DNA of 64,000 nt from Alloascoidea hylecoeti (taxonomy: Eukaryota), in assembly GCA_001600815.1 (NCBI GenBank), contig BCKZ01000017.1, forward strand, positions 98,390 to 162,389, written 5' to 3'. Of the stretch, positions 56,895 through 64,000 are shown piece after piece; position 1 is the stretch's first letter; each line of letters starts with the position of its first letter. The position numbers and the translations under genes were made by a program. The notes under the pieces were generated by a model. That model was not told where the DNA came from, ran no database searches, and saw nothing but the letters and a program-made list of their open reading frames with translations.

Positions 56895-58880
56895 TTAAGC
56901 ATAACAACACATAACATTAAGAATATGATTTTCATGTTTTTCGATATCACAAATAAAATAATTTGTTACTATTTCTTGAAATTGATTCTTATTTATATTT
57001 GAATTAATATTATTTATTGTATTATAATAATTATTATAATTATTATTGTTAGTATTATTACTATGATTGATATTTCCATTATTAAGTTCATAATTTTCAT
57101 ATTCATTATATCTTGTTGTATTACTTTCACAAACAAGATATCTTTCACTTGGACTCATTCTTATAGAATTTATTTTAAAACCAAGTTGATATTTGTTAAA
57201 TTCTTCAAATTTTGGTTTTTTAAGAATTGATTGAAATTGATCATCATCTCCATCTAGAAGTTGTTTAATAAATGATGATTTGTCATTATAATCACACATA
57301 TGCATAGAAATATCAAGTGGTAAATTATTATTATTGTTATTGTTATGATAACCGAAATTAGATAATTTCATCATTAATGAAGATGGTGTTTGTAAAGCTT
57401 TAAATAGGGATTTCAAAGAAATACTTGATAATTCATCATTTATTCCAATAAATAAAAATGTTGTACTTGATGCAATTGCATAAGTTTTTTGTTTTTGAAA
57501 ATTTTCAAATTTCAAGTTTTCCTTATCGTTATCATCAAGTTGATTACTATCAGATACATTACTATTATAACTATTATTGTTACCAAAAAGATTGTTGTCT
57601 GTATAAGTGTATTGATTTTGATCATCCATTACTTTATTAAAATTATAATCAAGGATATTGAAAACTCCACCAATTTCTTTACCAGTTGATTTTAATAATA
57701 CAGATAAATGATAAAAATATGGTGATGATGATGATGACGATGATGATATTTTTATTGTAATTAAAACAAATATAAAATCACCCATTGAACATAAACAATG
57801 ATATTTAAATTTTATACCAGGTATTGATAATTTTGTACTCCAAATTAATTTTCGTTTTTCTTTATTATAACATTCAATAAATAATTTATTTGTATTTGTA
57901 TTATGAAGATTTTGTGATTGTTTGATTGAATTTAGATTTGAGTTTAAAATAGAATTTGAATTAATAGGTTTATCTAAAATTGCAACAATTTCTTCAGTTT
58001 CTTCATCATCATCATTATCATTATTATAATAATTATCATAAATATTTGAACAAGTTGAAAAACCTTGTAATTGTTGATTTTTTAAAATAATTCTAGATCT
58101 TGAATTTACATTCTGTTTTAAAGTTCTTTTTATCCTTGAATTTGAATTTGAAGATTTAAATGATCTGGAATGAATAGATGATTGTTGGTGATAATAATCA
58201 TTTTGATTAGAAATAAAATTCTTATTATAATTACGTTTATGTGAGGATTTATAATTTAATGGTGAAAAATTTAACATTGGTTTTTCATAAAATGTAAATA
58301 TTGAATAAGAACTATCAAATTGTAGTTTTGGTACAACTAAATCTGAAGAACCATTTAATTGAACATATGTTTTACTACCTATATCAAGTACTGAAGTGAT
58401 GTCATTACTTGTTGTTGTTGAAGGATTTTTGCGAAAACAGGTAGTGTTGGGTATATAAATTGCACAACTTGTTAGTAAACCAGAAGAATCTCTTTTTGAT
58501 TTTCCGATATAGAATTTAGCGCAATGTTTTTCAGTTGCAACAACAGTATTATTGTGACTGTTATCATTATGCACATTATTATTTTTTGGTTTAAACTTGT
58601 TATAAGCATTGAAATTTGAGTTGATACTGAACTTTAAATTTAGATTCTTAACTGACTGAAGTCTATTAAAAGCTTTCATCCATGGTTCATTATTACATCG
58701 AGTGAGAAATGGTTCATTTAAAATGTATCTGATTTGAGATTCATGATTGAAAGTATAAAGTTTTTTACATGTTGAAAAAAGGATTAATAGATCATGTAGA
58801 GATAAATGTTGAAATATTGAATAAAGGATCTCTAAAGGAAGATCCAAAAGTAAATTCTGATTCTGTTGGAATTGAGACAT
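56895..58880 (-). CDS. F-box protein, Asn-rich; paralog of 59294-60700
   Basis: F-box LLLDLPLEILYSIFQHLSLHDLLILFSTCKKL just after ATG 58880; shares ordered sequence blocks with the neighbouring ORF. Confidence 0.85.
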   Translation of the reverse strand: MSQFQQNQNLLLDLPLEILYSIFQHLSLHDLLILFSTCKKLYTFNHESQIRYILNEPFLTRCNNEPWMKAFNRLQSVKNLNLKFSINSNFNAYNKFKPKNNNVHNDNSHNNTVVATEKHCAKFYIGKSKRDSSGLLTSCAIYIPNTTCFRKNPSTTTSNDITSVLDIGSKTYVQLNGSSDLVVPKLQFDSSYSIFTFYEKPMLNFSPLNYKSSHKRNYNKNFISNQNDYYHQQSSIHSRSFKSSNSNSRIKRTLKQNVNSRSRIILKNQQLQGFSTCSNIYDNYYNNDNDDDEETEEIVAILDKPINSNSILNSNLNSIKQSQNLHNTNTNKLFIECYNKEKRKLIWSTKLSIPGIKFKYHCLCSMGDFIFVLITIKISSSSSSSSPYFYHLSVLLKSTGKEIGGVFNILDYNFNKVMDDQNQYTYTDNNLFGNNNSYNSNVSDSNQLDDNDKENLKFENFQKQKTYAIASSTTFLFIGINDELSSISLKSLFKALQTPSSLMMKLSNFGYHNNNNNNNLPLDISMHMCDYNDKSSFIKQLLDGDDDQFQSILKKPKFEEFNKYQLGFKINSIRMSPSERYLVCESNTTRYNEYENYELNNGNINHSNNTNNNNYNNYYNTINNINSNINKNQFQEIVTNYFICDIEKHENHILNVMCCYA

Positions 58881-59293
58881 TATTGATAGAAATAGATGAG
58901 AAACAGACGGATTTGAAGGAAAAAAAAAGAAATTTGATGTATTATTTATATAAAAAAAGAGAAGTTTTTTAATTATAATTAGCACTTAGTAATTGATAAT
59001 TGAAATATTTCAATGTTCATTGCCGAATCTGTCCGCGGGCATAAATAGGCTTAATTCATTCAATTCGACAACCACAGATCTTCGTTGTTCCCAATTGGGC
59101 AACTTCTGGAACTATTTTGGTTTCTTCCTATGCATATGCTGTTTGTTTTAGTTATTATGCATATGATATAATATCTTATCCGGATCCCCACAAATCCACA
59201 ATTTATATAATAATTACAGCGCACACGAGCACGGATTCGTATGTTCGGATATCCGGATATGTTACCAAAATAATATATATGTTTTATTTTATT

Positions 59294-60700
59294 TCAATGA
59301 ATATAGAAATTAATGTCATATTTCTTCCTTTTACCAAAATCATAAATACAATAACCGTACTTCATAATTCCACTAAGATGACTATTTCCACGTGCATCTT
59401 TAAATCTAGTTAATGTTATATCATGACAATCATCATATAATCTATTATTAATATCTGTTGTTTCTTCTTCTTTGTATTGTCCAATTAAAAATCTTTCATC
59501 TGATGTTATTTTTAGATAATTTATCGGTCTATTTTCATATTCTTTTAAAATATTCCAGGTTTTAATATCATCATAAGTTGGTGTTAACGTTGTGATGTCT
59601 AGTGATCCCCCCGTGCCCCTGTTTGAGGATATAACATCAATATTGCTATTAAATCGACATAAATCGATTAATTCTTTTGACATATTATTTGGATAATTAT
59701 TTATATCTATAAAATTACAACTTTTATCTAAAGTTGATAATAAATTAAATAATGGAATAAATCTTGATTTTTTTAAAAATGAAACAAATAAATGAGTTGA
59801 ATTAACACACATTTTTGGGTTTGTTGTTTTTGTTGCAACCATATCTAAATCTGTATAAACCATTAAATTTCTAATTTTACCAATTAATTGACCAGTTTTT
59901 TTTAATAAAACATATAAATGTAATGTATAAATTGATGATACAAAATGAGTTGTTGTTTCACCTAATATAAATATAAAATGCTCATTTATTGACATATCCA
60001 TGAAATAAATATGTTTTGATTGAACTTTAATAATTGCCTCCCATTCATTTATATCTGTATTCAAATCATTAATATTCAATTTATGATCACTTGAACTTGA
60101 ACTTAAGCTTAAGCTAGGTGCTAGATATTTAACTTTTATAACTCTTCTACCATCTAATATTTCATCTTTTATGAAATAATTCTGTTGTTTTAATGCTGAT
60201 TCTTTTAATTTGAGATCCAATTTAAGTTTCGATATAAAACGAATTTTAAGATTCCCTGCTTTGTTATCTTCTTCGATAAATGGTTGTACGGACTGGTCAA
60301 TATCTGTCCCACCACTATCTACACTCAAATCAACATCAGTGTCAATATTTAATAATGGTAATTGATAATGTATCTCTTCCAATTTATGTTCCTTATATAG
60401 ATTACAATTAAAAGAAAGTGGGAAATGATAATATCCAACATCAAAAGATTTGCCACAATTTGGAGTGTTTAAGCTCTGGAATCTCCTAAGTGATTTGATC
60501 CATCCTTCATTATTAATTCGTGTTAAAAAGGGATCCTTAGTTTGTGTAAGAATTGATAAAAATGTATCGTCATTTGAAAATCTATGAAACTGGGTACAAG
60601 TTAGTGACAAGTTTAGAAGATCTTCGAAATCAAGATATTTAAATAATAGGTAGTATATCTCATTCGGTAGATCAGTCAGAGCCAGAGAAACCCCAATCAT
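59294..60700 (-). CDS. F-box protein, 468 aa; paralog of 56895-58880
   Basis: F-box LTDLPNEIYYLLFKYLDFEDLLNLSLTCTQF, followed by PFLTRINNEGWIKSLRRFQS (cf. PFLTRCNNEPWMKAFNRLQS in the neighbour). Confidence 0.87.
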   Translation of the reverse strand: MIGVSLALTDLPNEIYYLLFKYLDFEDLLNLSLTCTQFHRFSNDDTFLSILTQTKDPFLTRINNEGWIKSLRRFQSLNTPNCGKSFDVGYYHFPLSFNCNLYKEHKLEEIHYQLPLLNIDTDVDLSVDSGGTDIDQSVQPFIEEDNKAGNLKIRFISKLKLDLKLKESALKQQNYFIKDEILDGRRVIKVKYLAPSLSLSSSSSDHKLNINDLNTDINEWEAIIKVQSKHIYFMDMSINEHFIFILGETTTHFVSSIYTLHLYVLLKKTGQLIGKIRNLMVYTDLDMVATKTTNPKMCVNSTHLFVSFLKKSRFIPLFNLLSTLDKSCNFIDINNYPNNMSKELIDLCRFNSNIDVISSNRGTGGSLDITTLTPTYDDIKTWNILKEYENRPINYLKITSDERFLIGQYKEEETTDINNRLYDDCHDITLTRFKDARGNSHLSGIMKYGYCIYDFGKRKKYDINFYIH

Positions 60701-60793
60701 TGCTGTTAATTATGAGGACAAAAAGAAGAACATAATAAAAGCGATGGCACGTGACCCGACGATTACCCAGACATGACTCAGCAGCGGCGACTG

Positions 60794-60801
60794 TTACCCG
60801 G
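60794..60801. promoter_or_regulatory. Reb1-type site TTACCCGG in the ~190-bp divergent promoter between the F-box gene and TGL4
   Basis: Exact consensus roughly midway between ATG 60700 (-) and ATG 60890 (+); a CACGTGAC E-box lies at ~60748. Confidence 0.55.
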
Positions 60802-60889
60802 ATTGCCAAAACTGGGGATGCTGATGTATGCATAAACAAATAATTAATAATAAAGATTGTTGGGCTTTTCTGGAGACATTATAAAAACA

Positions 60890-63319
60890 ATGAACACGAC
60901 TGGAATCTCTCGAAATGACTTCAATAAATTACACTCCATAATGTCGAGAATTTGCTCGCAAGTTGCTGGATCTCCCCAAAACCTCGAAGATCCCAAAAGT
61001 GCCGGAAAAGATGAAAGTTGGGAGACTTTGCTCAAAGAAGCTTTACAAACAGCGGCTATATCCTCGGACAAAAACAACATTTTTGGTACTGTTGCTGATC
61101 GTGATCATGACCAACCCAATATTTCTTTATTCAGCACGTTAAAGTCCATAGCAAAATTTGGATTATCATATACACCATTTTTTAAATCGCAAGATATAAA
61201 TAGTAAAGAAAAATTAATAGACGATTTATTAAAAAGACAAAAATCAGCATCAAATTATTCTGAATGGTTTAAAACTTCTTATGATTTAGATATCTTATTA
61301 AATAATGAAGAATGGAAGAAAATTGATGAATCGAATTTATATGACTACAAATTAATTTTAAATCGATTGAATCAATTAAGAAGTGCAAGATTATCTAAAA
61401 ATTATAAATTAATGATCAATTTAATAAGAACAAGTTTAATTCGAAATTTAGGTGATATGGGGAATATTAATTTATATCGTCATTCTTTAACTGGTACGAA
61501 AAAATTGATTGAAGATTATATATCTGAATGTGAAATATCTCTTGAAACTTTATTAAATATTAATAACAATGATAATGATAAAAAAGATGCTAATATTGAT
61601 GATGGTTATTTATTAATGTTATTGATTCAAACTAGAAAATCTTTTGGTAGAACTGCTTTGGTATTAAGTGGTGGAGGATGTTTTGGTTTATTTCATATTG
61701 GAGTTTTAATTGCTTTAATGGAAACTAATTTATTACCGAGGATTGTATCTGGTTCCTCGGCTGGTTCAATTGTTGCTGCTATATTTTGTGCTAAAACAAA
61801 TCAAGAAATTATACCTTTATTAGATGATATTTTTAAAGAAACTTTTTATATTTTTTCAGAACCTAAAAATGAATCTTCAAATACAGATACAAATGAAAGT
61901 TTTTTAAAAGATTTAACTCATTTTTTAAAATATGGTACTTGGTTTGATAACAAAGGACTCAAACAAACAATGATTAATTTTATTGGAGATTTAACTTTTA
62001 AAGAAGCTTATTATAGAACTGGTAGAATTTTAAATATAACTGTATCACCAGCAAGTGTTCATGAAACCCCAAGATTGTTAAATTATTTAACAGCTCCTGA
62101 TGTTTTAATTTGGTCTGCTGTTTGTGCTTCTTGTTCATTACCTGGTGTATTTGAGTCTTCAATAATTTGGGAAAAAAATGCAACAACCGATGTATTAAGT
62201 GAATGGAATCATGAATCTGTCAAATTTGTTGATGGTTCTGTTGATAATGATTTACCAATAACAAGAATTTCTGAAATGTTTAATGTTAATTATACGATTG
62301 CTTGTCAAGTTAATCCTCATATTGTTCCATTTTTAAAAATGTCTGTACAATGTGTTGGTGGTGAAGAAGAATATGAATATTCTGCAAAATTAAAAAATTT
62401 AATGAGTAAAATTTATGAATTATCATCAACTGAAATAATTCATATATTAGAAATGTTTTCAAATTTTAGTTATTTTAATAATTTTCAACAAAATATAATT
62501 TTAAAATTAAAATCAATGTTAATTCAAAATTATAGTGGTGATATAACAATTTTACCAAATATGAATTCAATTTTAATTGAATTTGATAAATTATTAGCAA
62601 ATCCTGATCCTGAATTTTTAATGAATTCAACTATACGTGGTGCAAGAGCAACATGGCCAAAAATTGGTTTAATTAGAAATCATTGTGCTATTGAATTAGC
62701 TTTGGATAGATCAATTACAATTCTTAGAACAAGAATGATTTCAAATAATACAAAATTATCAAAATCAATTTCAATCTATAAAACTCCAAAATTAAAATCA
62801 TCATCTAAAAATTTACAAAGAAATGTAGCTATTAATGTTAATTCAAATGATGAAGATTTGGAATCATTAAGTAATATTTATCATAATGATAATGAGAGAA
62901 AAAGACATTCAATAAATTTATCAAGTTTATCATTAAATACAAGAAAATCAATTCATGAATTCAATTTTAATGATGAACAACAACAAAATAATTATAATGA
63001 AACTGATGTTGATAATTGTTCAGAATCAGTTAAACCAATACGCTTGGTAAGAAGTCATAGTTCAACACTTTTTAAAACTTATAAATCTAAAAATGGTTCA
63101 AATTCAAGCTTAAATTTAAATAACCTAAAGAAAATCAACAAAAATAATAAACAAAGTAATACTAGAATGAAAAGATCAAAATCAAATCTTGAACAACATG
63201 AATTCATGTATAATTACAATAATGATGACAATACTAATAAATACAACACCAATATAAAAATTTTAAAACCCAACAATTATAAAAGACAACCAACAATATC
63301 AATATCAATTGGTAATTAA
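60890..63319 (+). CDS. TGL4: Patatin-like triacylglycerol lipase (Tgl4/Tgl5 family)
   Basis: IRTSLIRNLGDMGNINLYRHS, FGRTALVLSGGG, GSSAGS (GxSxG), LTFKEAYYRTGRILNITV, FVDGSVDNDLP, GARATWPK. TGL4 versus TGL5 is not resolvable. Confidence 0.88.
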   Translation: MNTTGISRNDFNKLHSIMSRICSQVAGSPQNLEDPKSAGKDESWETLLKEALQTAAISSDKNNIFGTVADRDHDQPNISLFSTLKSIAKFGLSYTPFFKSQDINSKEKLIDDLLKRQKSASNYSEWFKTSYDLDILLNNEEWKKIDESNLYDYKLILNRLNQLRSARLSKNYKLMINLIRTSLIRNLGDMGNINLYRHSLTGTKKLIEDYISECEISLETLLNINNNDNDKKDANIDDGYLLMLLIQTRKSFGRTALVLSGGGCFGLFHIGVLIALMETNLLPRIVSGSSAGSIVAAIFCAKTNQEIIPLLDDIFKETFYIFSEPKNESSNTDTNESFLKDLTHFLKYGTWFDNKGLKQTMINFIGDLTFKEAYYRTGRILNITVSPASVHETPRLLNYLTAPDVLIWSAVCASCSLPGVFESSIIWEKNATTDVLSEWNHESVKFVDGSVDNDLPITRISEMFNVNYTIACQVNPHIVPFLKMSVQCVGGEEEYEYSAKLKNLMSKIYELSSTEIIHILEMFSNFSYFNNFQQNIILKLKSMLIQNYSGDITILPNMNSILIEFDKLLANPDPEFLMNSTIRGARATWPKIGLIRNHCAIELALDRSITILRTRMISNNTKLSKSISIYKTPKLKSSSKNLQRNVAINVNSNDEDLESLSNIYHNDNERKRHSINLSSLSLNTRKSIHEFNFNDEQQQNNYNETDVDNCSESVKPIRLVRSHSSTLFKTYKSKNGSNSSLNLNNLKKINKNNKQSNTRMKRSKSNLEQHEFMYNYNNDDNTNKYNTNIKILKPNNYKRQPTISISIGN

Positions 63320-63371
63320 TTGAACTTAAATGTTCAACATTAAAATCAAAATATCACTATAGCTATGATTG

Positions 63372-63390
63372 CTACTACTACTACTATTAT

Positions 63391-63428
<38 letters not shown>
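63372..63428. repeat. Imperfect (CTA)n microsatellite
   Basis: CTA run interrupted by TTA units, just downstream of the TGL4 stop. Confidence 0.85.
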
Positions 63429-63922
63429 ATACAACTGATTTTAATTAATAATTTATATTATCAATTTAAAGATTTGATAAATTAAAACGTTACGAATAGC
63501 ATAAAAACATAAAAGCATACTAACACAATGGCATAAAGACAAAAGAAAATAAAATGAATTTTTTTATATAATGATAAAAAGGAAAGAGGGTTATAATTAA
63601 TCAGTTATAATAAAAAAAGGGAATGAAATATATGCCAACATAAACATTAAAAAGATAAAATAACTAGGTGTAGCATTAATTTTAACAAAAACAAAAATGT
63701 ATGATATATATTTTTCATGATATTACACATTACCATTAATATTCACCTGTTGAGATAATTATCTCGAAATTAGGGTTGAATACAATTAATTTTCTATATG
63801 GCTATAGCTAATTATGGTAGTCTTGATCGAAATAATGTGATCACATGATCTGTTACCCTGCCTTAGACATCTTATTAAATTTCAAAATAGTGGTGAATTA
63901 TAAGATTATAGATTTAAAAATA

Positions 63923-64000
63923 ATGTCATCACTAGGTTCTCAATCACAAAGCCGGAAAGAACGATTAGCACAACTTCGATCATTAAAACGGAAAAATGAA
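63923..64000 (+). CDS. Start of a Cwf18/CCDC12-like splicing factor (runs off the window)
   Basis: MSSLGSQSQSRKERLAQLRSLKRKNE matches the N-terminal RKxRLxxLxxLKRK motif of fungal Cwf18. A TTACCCTG Reb1-like site lies at 63853. Only 26 codons are visible. Confidence 0.65.
   Translation, partial: MSSLGSQSQSRKERLAQLRSLKRKNE

Overview
AT-rich eukaryotic DNA from a budding yeast (Saccharomycotina). It appears to use the standard code, since CTG sits at conserved Leu positions. Short GTAAGT introns with degenerate branch points, retention of SRRM1/Pwi1-like and Cwf18-like splicing factors, and a tRNA-Arg(UCG) suggest a lineage outside Saccharomycetaceae (inference). About 22 apparently intact protein genes are present: an arrestin, HST3, SNF1, a PWI/RS protein, MRPL28, an MFS transporter, PEX28/29-like, BUB3, YAP3-like, PPT1, two GPI cell-wall proteins, DHR1/ECM16, three F-box proteins, phospholipase B, MNN2-like, RPS9, TGL4-like, the start of a Cwf18-like gene and two unknowns. 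Two signals stand out. (1) Four decayed copies of conserved genes lie among the intact ones (RPL21 still next to RPS9 and still carrying its intron, GPM1, CUE3, an MNN2 paralog), as expected for gene loss after genome duplication or hybridisation. (2) A compact mobile-DNA cluster at 10.96-12.3 kb contains a Tc1/IS630 relic, a 13-unit array with strict ~23-bp period (conserved CGCTAATTAATT core, variable spacers) and a non-LTR retrotransposon 3' fragment. A MITE with a 9-bp target-site duplication, a second Tc1 relic and recurrent Reb1-type promoter sites are also visible. All calls come from reading the sequence and recalled family motifs; no searches were run.
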